A stretch of DNA of 47,675 nt, from the NCBI GenBank assembly GCA_044232845.1, contig JBIILD010000001.1:1-47675 (forward strand). Direction: 5' to 3'. Of the stretch, positions 1-8,423 are shown piece after piece. Position numbers and translations under genes: made by a program. The stretch is from Flavobacterium sp. Lineage in GTDB: Bacteria; Bacteroidota; Bacteroidia; Flavobacteriales; Flavobacteriaceae. Under the pieces are notes generated by a model. That model was not told the DNA's origin and searched no databases. It saw only the letters and a program-made list of their open reading frames with translations. The number at the start of each line of letters is the position of its first letter. Position 1 is the first letter of the stretch.

Positions 1-68
1 ACGCCTTGTTCTGAAGCTTCTTTTATGATTTTTAGCTTCTCTTCTTTGGTGAATTTTCGTTTTTCCAT
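1..68 (-). CDS. IS3-family transposase OrfA (HTH), N-terminal part only
   Basis: Hand translation MEKRKFTKEEKLKIIKEASEQG matches the typical 'RKFTxExKxxII' OrfA start. Confidence 0.75.
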   Translation of the reverse strand, partial: MEKRKFTKEEKLKIIKEASEQG

Positions 69-127
69 CGTACAAAATTATAGTTTTTGATTTATAATTG
101 TGTCCGATTATTTAAGGGGTCAATACA
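1..127 (-). mobile_element. Left end of an IS3-family (IS150-like) insertion sequence, truncated by the window edge
   Basis: Minus strand from 127 reads TGTATTGACCCCTTAAATAATCGGACAC, a TG-initiated end resembling IS3/IS150 inverted repeats. It is followed by an OrfA-like start at 68. Confidence 0.75.
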
Positions 128-358
128 ACATCCCTATCAAAATTAATATTTTAATAGTAAATAATCTCCGACAAGTAAAAATGATAGTTGGAATCATAAC
201 TAAAATAAAGGCAGAGCCTGACTGTATTGGATGAATTATGGCTTGCTAATTCGAAGATTTCTTTTTTTATTAATGTTGTGGAGAAAGAGAATTGTACAAA
301 TGAATATTATTTTTTTTAAAAAAAATAGAAAAAAATATTTTAACTATTAAAAAATTTA

Positions 359-366
359 TATCTTTG
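359..366 (+). promoter_or_regulatory. Bacteroidota sigma-A -7 element
   Basis: TATCTTTG (TAnnTTTG consensus) about 40 nt upstream of the ATG at 403. Confidence 0.6.
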
Positions 367-402
367 CCCCGAATTAATAATTAACCTTTTATATTTAATA
401 AG

Positions 403-591
403 ATGAAAAAAGTACTTTTAAGTTTAGCTGTTGTTGCTGTTTTGACTGTTGTATCATGTAAAAAAGCTGAGCCAGCTGTTGAAGCTGAAGCTGTAGACAC
501 TACTGCTGTAGCTGTTGATACTGCTGCTGTAGCTGTTGATACTGCTGCTGTTGTTGCTGATACTACTGCTGCTCCAGCAGAAGCTAAGTAA
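403..591 (+). CDS. Small Ala/Val/Asp/Thr-rich lipoprotein (62 aa)
   Basis: MKK plus hydrophobic stretch plus VVSC lipobox, AVDTAAV repeats, with its own promoter and terminator. Confidence 0.85.
   Translation: MKKVLLSLAVVAVLTVVSCKKAEPAVEAEAVDTTAVAVDTAAVAVDTAAVVADTTAAPAEAK
490..570 (+). repeat. About 4 x 21-bp in-frame tandem repeat (AVDTxAV)
   Basis: GCTGTAGACACTACTGCTGTA / GCTGTTGATACTGCTGCTGTA / GCTGTTGATACTGCTGCTGTT / GTTGCTGATACTACTGCT. Confidence 0.85.
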
Positions 592-611
592 TTTTAAATT
601 ACAGAAAAAAA

Positions 612-639
612 TAAGCTACGCATTGCGTGGCTTTTTTTT
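612..639 (+). terminator. Intrinsic terminator of the lipoprotein gene
   Basis: AAGCTACGC-ATT-GCGTGGCTT followed by a T run. Confidence 0.8.
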
Positions 640-712
640 GCTCTATTTTGAAAATTTTTGGTCTATTTTGGCCTAACTTGATTAAACCCATCAATTGGGC
701 ATTTGTAGGAAA

Positions 713-757
713 AACAAAAAAGCCGTTACGCTAGAAAGTGTAACGGCATTTTTGTTT
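713..757. terminator. Terminator-like hairpin, U-tail on the minus strand
   Basis: AAACAAAAAAGCCGTTAC...GTAACGGCATTTTTGTTT inverted repeat. Confidence 0.65.
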
Positions 758-822
758 AATGGGAATCTATCTGTTTTAGTTATTGGGCGAAAATATACTA
801 ATGTCGAGCAGTTTTAAGTAAT

Positions 823-864
823 AAAAAAACCGCAAAGAATTAACAATTAAGTCTTTACGGTTTT
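823..864 (-). terminator. Probable terminator of the tRNA operon
   Basis: AAAACCGCAAAGA...TCTTTACGGTTTT with an A run on the plus strand, just 3' of tRNA-Leu. Confidence 0.6.
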
Positions 865-870
865 ACTAAG

Positions 871-956
871 TACTCAGAGCGGGACTTGAACCCGCACGAA
901 CATTGCTGTTCACTGGATTTTAAGTCCAGCGTGTCTACCAATTTCACCATCCGAGC
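871..956 (-). tRNA. tRNA-Leu (anticodon TAA), long variable arm
   Basis: Reverse complement GCTCGGATGGTGAAATTGGTAGACACGCTGGAC-TTAAAA-TCCAG...GCGGGTTCAAGTCCCGCTCTGAGTA folds as a cloverleaf. CCA is not encoded. Confidence 0.96.
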
Positions 957-1266
957 ATTTTGCTTTGCGATGTTATATTTAATTTTTTAAAAAAATTAAT
1001 TAAATATAGCACCATCCGAGCATTTTGCTTTGCGATGTTATATTTAATTTTTAGAAAAAATTAATTAAATATAGCACCATCCGACCATTTTGCTTTATAA
1101 TATTATATCTAATTTTTAGAAAAAATCAATTAAATATAGCACCATCCGAGCATTTTTCTTTGTGATATTATATCTAATTTTTAGAAAAAATTAATTAAAT
1201 ATAGCACCATCCGAGCATTCTGCTTTGCGGGGTTATGTCTAATTTTTAGAAAAAAATTAAATACAG
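945..1266. repeat. Tandem array of five ~65-bp units, each containing the first 12 nt of tRNA-Leu
   Basis: CACCATCCGA(G/C)C starts at 945, 1010, 1075, 1140 and 1205 (period 65). Unit 1 overlaps the real tRNA; unit 5 is the most diverged. Confidence 0.95.
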
Positions 1267-1290
1267 TTCGATTTTAACAGTATGGTTTTG

Positions 1291-1363
1291 AGCGAAAAAC
1301 GGGGCTCGAACCCGCGACCTCGACCTTGGCAAGGTCGCGCTCTACCAACTGAGCTATTTTCGC
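1291..1363 (-). tRNA. tRNA-Gly (anticodon GCC)
   Basis: Reverse complement GCGAAAATAGCTCAGTTGGTAGAGCGCGACCTTGCCAAGGTCGAGGTCGCGGGTTCGAGCCCCGTTTTTCGCT. Confidence 0.97.
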
Positions 1364-1412
1364 ATTTTTTTTTATAAAAAGAACTAACAATACTTGTATT
1401 GTATTGCGGATG

Positions 1413-1442
1413 CAAATTTAATACATTAATTCAATTATACAA
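1413..1442 (-). promoter_or_regulatory. Promoter of the tRNA-Gly/tRNA-Leu operon
   Basis: TTG (1442-1440), 19-nt spacer, TAAATTTG (1420-1413). Confidence 0.7.
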
Positions 1443-1510
1443 GCCTTTTTTTAAAAAATATCCAGCCAAAAGCTAAGCCTCTGATAGCCCAAACCTTAAA
1501 AGAATTAGGG

Positions 1511-4147
1511 CTATTTTTTAGTCAACATTCTCTTGATTTCATTGAGCTTCATCAACGCTTCCATCGGCGTAATTGTATTTATGTCAAGACTTAAAATCTC
1601 CTCTTTGATTTCTTCCAACAATGGATCATCTAGATTGAAGAAACTCATTTGCATTTGCTCCGCCTGTTCGCCTTTGAGGCTCGAGTCATCCCTTGCTGTT
1701 TTTATTCCGTTCAAGGCTTCACTAGAGTGATTTTTCTCTAATTTTTTTAAAAGCTTTTGCGCTTTCAAAATTACGATTTGCGGCATTCCCGCCATTTTCG
1801 CCACGTGTATTCCAAAACTGTGGGCGCTTCCTCCTTTCACCAATTTTCGAATAAAGAGCACGGTGTCTTTTAATTCTTTCACCGATACATTATAATTCTG
1901 GATTCTCGGTAACGACTCACTCATTTCATTCAACTCGTGATAATGGGTTGCAAACAGTGTTTTGGGTTTCGAGGGATGCTCATGTAAAAATTCGGCAATT
2001 GCCCAAGCGATGGAGATTCCGTCATACGTACTAGTTCCTCTGCCGATTTCGTCCAACAACACCAAACTTCTATCGGAAATATTGTTCAAGATGGAGGCCG
2101 TTTCATTCATTTCGACCATAAAAGTGGATTCTCCCATCGAAATATTATCGCTTGCTCCAACCCTGGTAAATATTTTGTCTATAATCCCCATTCTCACGCT
2201 CTCCGCAGGGACAAAACTTCCCATTTGAGCTAATAATACAATCAAGGCGGTTTGACGTAAAATAGCCGACTTTCCGGACATATTGGGTCCTGTAATCATA
2301 ATCAATTGCTGTGTTTCTCTATCCAAGAAAACATCATTGGCAATATAAGGCGTTCCAACGGGTAATTGTTTTTCGATAACAGGATGCCTTCCGTTTTTGA
2401 TTTCCAATTCGAAAGTTTCATCTAGTTCAGGACAAACATATTTATTTTCAATGGCCAATTGCGTGAAAGAACATAAACAATCCAGTTGGGCTATCAAATT
2501 TGCATTCATCTGAACTGGCTTGATGTATGTCGCAATCCAACTCACCAATTGTTCAAACAATTCTACTTCTATTTTGTGAATTTTCTCTTCGGCACCCAAG
2601 ATTTTGGTTTCGTATTCCTTTAGTTCTTCGGTGATATAGCGTTCTGCATTGACCAAAGTTTGTTTTCGAATCCATTCTACTGGCACTTTATCTTTATGCA
2701 AGTTTCTAACTTCAATATAATATCCAAAAACATTATTGAAGGAAATTTTCAAGGAAGAAATCCCCGTTAATTGTGATTCTCGTTTTTCGATTCCTTCCAA
2801 GAATTCTTTTCCCGAAGTTGATATGGCGCGTAAATCGTCTAATTCTTCGTTTATTCCTTTGGCAATGGCATTTCCTTTAGCAATAGCTACGGGAGCATCT
2901 TGATTTAAAACCGTTTTAATTTTTTCGCGCAACAAATCGCAATTGTGCAGGCTGTCGCCAATGACTTTTACTGCTTCTTGTGGACTTTCTAATGCCAAGG
3001 TTTTTATCGGAATAATAGCATCCAAGGACTCCTTCAAATAAATTACTTCGCGAGGCGAGACCTTTCCAGCTGCAATTTTAGAAATCAAACGCTCCAAATC
3101 CGAAATTTGCTTGATTTGATTTTGGATATTCTTTAAAATATTCTGATTCTCTTTCAAATAAGAAACCACTTGGTGTCGGCTTTTTATTTTAGCACTATCT
3201 TTCAAAGGAAGCGCCAACCAACGTTTTAACAAACGCCCTCCCATTGGCGAAAGCGTTTTATCAATCACATCGAGAAGCGTGACCGCATTAGGATTGTAAC
3301 TGTGGTATAACTCGAGATTGCGAATGGTAAATCGATCCATCCAAACATAGGCATCTTCGGCAATGCGTTGAATCGAGGTGATATGCTGTACTTTATTATG
3401 CTGCGTTTCTGACAAATAATATAAAATGGCTCCGGAGGCAATAATTCCTTCTTTTAATTCTTCGATGCCAAAACCCTTCAATGAAACCGTTTGAAAATGC
3501 TTGGTCAACGTTTCAAAGGCATAATCTTCTTTGAAAATCCAGTCTTCGAGATAAAAACTATGATAGTCGTCTCCGAAAGTTTCCCGGAAATCATTTTTGT
3601 TGTTTTTTGGAATTAAAACCTCGCTTGGACTAAAATTCTGCAATAATTTGTCAATATATTCTGCATTGCCCTGAGCGGTTAGAAACTCCCCAGTAGAAAC
3701 ATCTAAAAACGAGATGCCTGTAGATTTATTGGCAAAATAAACGGCCGCCAAGAAATTATTGGTTTTAGATTGCAAAACCTCATCATTCATAGAAACACCT
3801 GGGGTCACGAGTTCCGTAACACCCCGTTTCACTATGGTTTTGGTCATTTTAGGATCTTCGAGCTGATCACAAATCGCCACGCGAAGTCCTGCTTTGACCA
3901 ATTTTGGCAAGTAGGTATTTAGAGAATGATGCGGAAAACCGGCCAAAGCGGTTTCCGTTTCAGAACCAGCTCCACGTTTAGTTAAAACAATTCCAAGAAT
4001 TTTTGAAGCACGGACGGCATCCTCTCCAAAAGTTTCATAAAAATCACCAACACGAAACAACAAACAAGCATCGGGATACTTCCTTTTGATTTCGTTGTAC
4101 TGTTTCATTAATGGTGTTTCCTTAATTTCTTTTTCTTTGGCTGCCAA
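1511..4147 (-). CDS. mutS: DNA mismatch repair protein MutS
   Basis: [15 protein letters not shown], Walker [18 protein letters not shown] and FATHYHEL motifs. TTG start. Confidence 0.98.
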   Translation of the reverse strand: MAAKEKEIKETPLMKQYNEIKRKYPDACLLFRVGDFYETFGEDAVRASKILGIVLTKRGAGSETETALAGFPHHSLNTYLPKLVKAGLRVAICDQLEDPKMTKTIVKRGVTELVTPGVSMNDEVLQSKTNNFLAAVYFANKSTGISFLDVSTGEFLTAQGNAEYIDKLLQNFSPSEVLIPKNNKNDFRETFGDDYHSFYLEDWIFKEDYAFETLTKHFQTVSLKGFGIEELKEGIIASGAILYYLSETQHNKVQHITSIQRIAEDAYVWMDRFTIRNLELYHSYNPNAVTLLDVIDKTLSPMGGRLLKRWLALPLKDSAKIKSRHQVVSYLKENQNILKNIQNQIKQISDLERLISKIAAGKVSPREVIYLKESLDAIIPIKTLALESPQEAVKVIGDSLHNCDLLREKIKTVLNQDAPVAIAKGNAIAKGINEELDDLRAISTSGKEFLEGIEKRESQLTGISSLKISFNNVFGYYIEVRNLHKDKVPVEWIRKQTLVNAERYITEELKEYETKILGAEEKIHKIEVELFEQLVSWIATYIKPVQMNANLIAQLDCLCSFTQLAIENKYVCPELDETFELEIKNGRHPVIEKQLPVGTPYIANDVFLDRETQQLIMITGPNMSGKSAILRQTALIVLLAQMGSFVPAESVRMGIIDKIFTRVGASDNISMGESTFMVEMNETASILNNISDRSLVLLDEIGRGTSTYDGISIAWAIAEFLHEHPSKPKTLFATHYHELNEMSESLPRIQNYNVSVKELKDTVLFIRKLVKGGSAHSFGIHVAKMAGMPQIVILKAQKLLKKLEKNHSSEALNGIKTARDDSSLKGEQAEQMQMSFFNLDDPLLEEIKEEILSLDINTITPMEALMKLNEIKRMLTKK

Positions 4148-4305
4148 TTTGTTTTGTGTTTAATACATGTAAAAAATGTGAGAGCGAATTTAAATATTTT
4201 ATAGCGAATAACGACCAATTCAAAAATTAAAAATATTTTTAAGAAAAAATTAGGACTGTGTTTCGATTATTTATATAAATTTGCTTTATTAATTTATAAA
4301 AAAAA

Positions 4306-4782
4306 ATGAAAAAAATAGTTACACTTTCAATGGCATTTCTAGCATTTACTTTTTGTAGTGCTCAAGAAACAGCAAAAATTAAAAAAACCGTAAAAAAAGC
4401 AACGACTACTTCGACAAAAGCTACTGCTACCAAAACAGAAGGCGCTGGAATGGTTTTTGATTCTGAAACGATTGATTATGGAACCATTGCTCACAATGCA
4501 GATGGGAACCGTAAATTTGAATTTACAAACAATGGCAGCAAGCCACTAATTATCACAAATACCACAGGATCTTGTGGTTGTACTGTACCTACTGCCCCAA
4601 AAGAGCCAATTGCTCCTGGAGCAAAAGGGTCTATTGGTGTGAAATATGCTACAGATAGAGTGGGAGCCTTTACAAAAACCGTAACGGTAACCTCAAACGC
4701 AGCAGGTCAAGCTACAAAAGTACTTACTATCAAAGGAACCGTTTTACCAGATGCTACTCCAGCTACTCCTGAGGTTAAATAA
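4306..4782 (+). CDS. Exported DUF1573-domain (Ig-like) protein
   Basis: Signal peptide; FEFTNxGxKPLII...SCGCT...IAPG motif. Confidence 0.85.
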   Translation: MKKIVTLSMAFLAFTFCSAQETAKIKKTVKKATTTSTKATATKTEGAGMVFDSETIDYGTIAHNADGNRKFEFTNNGSKPLIITNTTGSCGCTVPTAPKEPIAPGAKGSIGVKYATDRVGAFTKTVTVTSNAAGQATKVLTIKGTVLPDATPATPEVK

Positions 4783-4800
4783 TATCTTTATCAAAACAGT

Positions 4801-4833
4801 AAGGCTTCCTAAAACTAGGGAGCCTTTTTTTTT
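4801..4833 (+). terminator. Intrinsic terminator
   Basis: AAGGCTTCCTA-AAAC-TAGGGAGCCTT followed by a T run. Confidence 0.8.
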
Positions 4834-4853
4834 ATAATTAATTATGCATTAAC

Positions 4854-5405
4854 ATGAGAAAACTGGAAAACAGCGAACTCGAAAGAAAGTCAATACAATC
4901 TTTTAAACAATCCGAAAAAACACCTCTGATATTGGTATTGGATGACGTACGCAGTTTGCACAATATAGGCTCTGTTTTTAGAACAGCTGATGCCTTTTTA
5001 ATCGAAAAAATAATTCTGTGCGGGATAACCGCTACTCCTCCAAATAAAGAAATTCACAAAACGGCACTCGGAGCAACAGAGACCGTAACTTGGGAACATA
5101 ATGATAATGTTCTTGAAGTTATCAAAAATTTAAAAAAAGAAGGCAGTATCGTACTGGCCATCGAGCAGGTAGAAAACGCCGTTTTTCTTCAAAATTTCGA
5201 AGTGGAGAATCACAAGAAGTATGCCTTGGTTTTTGGCAACGAAGTCTACGGAGTGTCACAAGATGCCGTTGCTTTATGTGATGGCTGCATCGAAATTCCG
5301 CAGTTGGGAACCAAGCATTCTTTAAATATTTCAGTAAGTGCGGGGATTGTAGTTTGGGATTTATTTCAAAAATTGAATTGGCCTAACCCTTCAATTTCTT
5401 CCTGA
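4854..5405 (+). CDS. SpoU/TrmH-family RNA methyltransferase
   Basis: LDDVRSLHNIGSVFRTADA, FGNEVYG and SLNISVS SPOUT motifs. Confidence 0.93.
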   Translation: MRKLENSELERKSIQSFKQSEKTPLILVLDDVRSLHNIGSVFRTADAFLIEKIILCGITATPPNKEIHKTALGATETVTWEHNDNVLEVIKNLKKEGSIVLAIEQVENAVFLQNFEVENHKKYALVFGNEVYGVSQDAVALCDGCIEIPQLGTKHSLNISVSAGIVVWDLFQKLNWPNPSISS

Positions 5406-6519
5406 TTTCTTCCAAAACAAAAATATAATCCTCCTGATTTTTTACAAAATCCCTATTAGAAACATCAATAATCAGAATATTCAATTCGGTTTGTGATTGC
5501 ATATACCCTTGGTAACCACTATTAATTTTGTCCAAATAATCCGAAGGAATTTTCTGTTCATAGGTCCTGCCTCTTTTTTTTATATTTTGTAGTAAGCGCT
5601 CTGGCTTTTGGTGCAAATAGACGTATAGATCCGGTTTTGGCATTTTCCTATTAATAATATCAAATAGCGTGCGATACAATCGATATTCATCTTCAGGCAG
5701 GGTGATTTTGGCAAAAATTAAGGATTTGCAACTATGGTAGTCGGCCACGATAAATTCTTTAAACAAATCAAATTGAGCCAAATCATCCGAAAGTTGTTTG
5801 TACCTATCGGCAAGGAAAGACACTTCAAGCGGAAACGCATAGCGATTTTGATCTTCATAAAATTTGGGTAAAAAAGGATTGTCGGCAAAGCGTTCCAATA
5901 TTGTTTTAGCATTAAAATCTTCGGCAATTCTAGTCGTTAAAGTGGTTTTTCCTGCCCCGATATTTCCTTCAAAGGCAATGTAATTAAATTCCTCCAAAGG
6001 AATGCTATCTAATGGATTTTCCAACTCTTGGATTAGAGTACAAATACTTTGGTCCGGTGTTGTTTCGAGCAATTCTGCTATGTTTTTCTGAAGAACCGGA
6101 TGTATCCAATCTAGATTCAAGTCCTGCATGGGCAACAAAACAAATCGTCTGTTTTGCATTAATGGATGCGGGATTTGTAGGTTTTGCGTATCCATAATTA
6201 TCTCATCAAACGCAATCAAATCAATATCAATGATTCGGGATTGATACCCCAATGCTTCGCCGCGAACACGACCTAATTGGGTTTCAATCTTCAAAATCTG
6301 AGACAAAATTTTATCTGCGGCAGCAAAAGTATGAATAACCAAAGCGCAATTATAGAACGCGTCGCTATCAAAACCCCAAGAAGGTGTTTCATATAACTTT
6401 GAAACCTTGATTATCGTCCCGATTTCCTGATGTACCAATTCAAGGCAATGTTGGATGTTTCGGAGACGATTACCTTGATTACTGCCTAGAGATAAAATGA
6501 CCTGATGTTGTGATTCCAT
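5383..6519 (-). CDS. folK: FolK (HPPK) fused to a deoxynucleoside-kinase domain
   Basis: LSLGSNQG, RIIDIDL and IPHP (HPPK), then EGNIGAGKTT P-loop and IKKRGR (dNK). ATG at 6519 preferred over GTG at 6528. Confidence 0.92.
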   Translation of the reverse strand: MESQHQVILSLGSNQGNRLRNIQHCLELVHQEIGTIIKVSKLYETPSWGFDSDAFYNCALVIHTFAAADKILSQILKIETQLGRVRGEALGYQSRIIDIDLIAFDEIIMDTQNLQIPHPLMQNRRFVLLPMQDLNLDWIHPVLQKNIAELLETTPDQSICTLIQELENPLDSIPLEEFNYIAFEGNIGAGKTTLTTRIAEDFNAKTILERFADNPFLPKFYEDQNRYAFPLEVSFLADRYKQLSDDLAQFDLFKEFIVADYHSCKSLIFAKITLPEDEYRLYRTLFDIINRKMPKPDLYVYLHQKPERLLQNIKKRGRTYEQKIPSDYLDKINSGYQGYMQSQTELNILIIDVSNRDFVKNQEDYIFVLEEIRKKLKG

Positions 6520-6652
6520 ATTAACCACAAATTAACAAAACAATTTTAGAATAGAACTATATTTGTAATGTGTTTTAACAATTAAATTTTAAAGAAATTT
6601 AATCATAAATTTGTACTATTTTAATCCCTTTTGCAACTTAAGAAATATAATT

Positions 6653-8413
6653 ATGAAGTTTTTAGGAAATGTTTTGGCTACCATTGTGGGTTTATTTGTT
6701 TTTTTTATGTTGTGTTTTTTTGGAATAGTGATACTTGCAACCGTTTTTGGGGGGGATGCCGAAATTGTAGCAGTAAAAAGCAATTCAGTGATCGAATTGA
6801 ACTTGGAACACATTAAAAACGATTATGCTGGTAAATACAAAGATCCTTGGATGACCATTTTGGCTGATGGAGAACGAGTGGGACTGGTAGATATTATCAA
6901 TGCTATCGAAAAAGCAAAAACGGACGATGACATTAAGGGAATCTCTATTTTAAATGATGAATCAGAATTGGGAATGGCACAAAGAAAATCCTTGCGCGAT
7001 GCCTTAGAAGATTTTAAAAAATCAGGGAAATTTGTTATGGCTTATGCCAATTCTTTTTCCCAAAAGGAATATTATTTAAATTCTGTAGCCAACGCCATTT
7101 ATTTGAACCCCGTTGGAGAAATGGATTTCAAGGGATTATCTGCCGAAGTGATGTTTTTTAAGGACTTTCAAGATAAATCAGGTATTAAAATGGAAGTAAT
7201 CCGTCACGGCAAATACAAAAGTGCCGTTGAGCCTTTCCTAGAAAACAAGATGAGTGACGACAATAGGGAACAAATTTCGGCCTTGTTGAATTCGGTTTGG
7301 AATTCCATCACAGCGGATATTTCAAAAAGCAGAAAAATTTCCGTGGCTAAATTGAACGAAATTGCCAACGGACTTCTCGCGCGAACTCCAGAAATGGCAA
7401 AAGCGCAAAAATTGGTTGACGTTGTAGCTTATGAGGATGTGTATCATAATGCCATCAAAAAAGCCTTAAAATTAGATACCGATAAAGATTACAACAAAGT
7501 TAGCCTTATTGATTATGCTCTGAAAATGAACACCACTGCTATAAATAATGACAACAAAGACAAAATTGCCATTATTTATGCGCAAGGGGAAATCAAAAGT
7601 GGGGAAGGCGATGTTGATGTGATTGGTGAAGGCGCCATGCGTCGCTCCTTAATAGAAGCCAGAGAAGATGAAAATGTGAAAGCTGTAGTGCTTCGTATCA
7701 ACAGTCCGGGAGGAAGTGCATTGACGTCAGATTTGATATGGAGAGAAATCGAGTTAACCAAAAAAGTGAAGCCCGTAGTGGTTTCTATGGGGAATTATGC
7801 CGCATCTGGGGGCTATTATATTGCGTGTAATGCCACTACAATTTTTGCCGAAAACAATACCATTACTGGTTCTATCGGGGTTTTTGGGGTGCTGCCCAAC
7901 TTTGCTCCTTTAGCAACCAAAATTGGCTTACACTCGGAACAAGTAAAAACGCATGTAAATGCAGCGGACTATAGCCCGTTTTTGCCCTTAGACGAAAAGT
8001 TCAAAGCCGTTACCCTCGAAGGGGTCGAACATATTTACAAAACCTTTGTGACCCATGTAGCCCAAGGAAGAAAAATGACCTTTGCTCAAGTAGATGCCAT
8101 CGCGCAAGGCAGAGTTTGGTCTGGTTCAGAAGCCAAAAAAATGGGGTTGGTAGATAAAATTGGAGGAATGGATGCTGCTATCCGGGAAGCGGCAACACTG
8201 GCAAAAATAAAATCGTTCAACACTCAAAACTTTCCAGAATTCGAAAAAAATATTAATGATATTTTTGAACATTTACCATTTGCAAAATCTAAAGAATCCT
8301 TTATTAAAGAAGAATTTGGTGAGGAAACGTATAAAATAATGAACCAAATAAAAAGAATGCAACATCAAAAAGGAGTTCAAGCCATATTGCCTTTTGAAAT
8401 TACTATCCAATAA
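6653..8413 (+). CDS. sppA: Signal peptide peptidase SppA (protease IV, long form)
   Basis: GKYKSAVEPF, RINSPGGS, AASGGYY and TGSIGV motifs. ATG at 6653; TAAATTTG promoter at 6606-6613. Confidence 0.95.
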   Translation: MKFLGNVLATIVGLFVFFMLCFFGIVILATVFGGDAEIVAVKSNSVIELNLEHIKNDYAGKYKDPWMTILADGERVGLVDIINAIEKAKTDDDIKGISILNDESELGMAQRKSLRDALEDFKKSGKFVMAYANSFSQKEYYLNSVANAIYLNPVGEMDFKGLSAEVMFFKDFQDKSGIKMEVIRHGKYKSAVEPFLENKMSDDNREQISALLNSVWNSITADISKSRKISVAKLNEIANGLLARTPEMAKAQKLVDVVAYEDVYHNAIKKALKLDTDKDYNKVSLIDYALKMNTTAINNDNKDKIAIIYAQGEIKSGEGDVDVIGEGAMRRSLIEAREDENVKAVVLRINSPGGSALTSDLIWREIELTKKVKPVVVSMGNYAASGGYYIACNATTIFAENNTITGSIGVFGVLPNFAPLATKIGLHSEQVKTHVNAADYSPFLPLDEKFKAVTLEGVEHIYKTFVTHVAQGRKMTFAQVDAIAQGRVWSGSEAKKMGLVDKIGGMDAAIREAATLAKIKSFNTQNFPEFEKNINDIFEHLPFAKSKESFIKEEFGEETYKIMNQIKRMQHQKGVQAILPFEITIQ

Positions 8414-8423
8414 AACCAATATC

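Noticed and set aside
945-1266. CRISPR array interpretation of the 65-bp periodic repeat
   Set aside because: The period is CRISPR-like, but whole units are near-identical with no unique spacers, and no cas genes are in the window.
5383-6519. FolK-deoxynucleoside kinase fusion as a novelty
   Set aside because: To my knowledge this fusion is common in Flavobacteriaceae.
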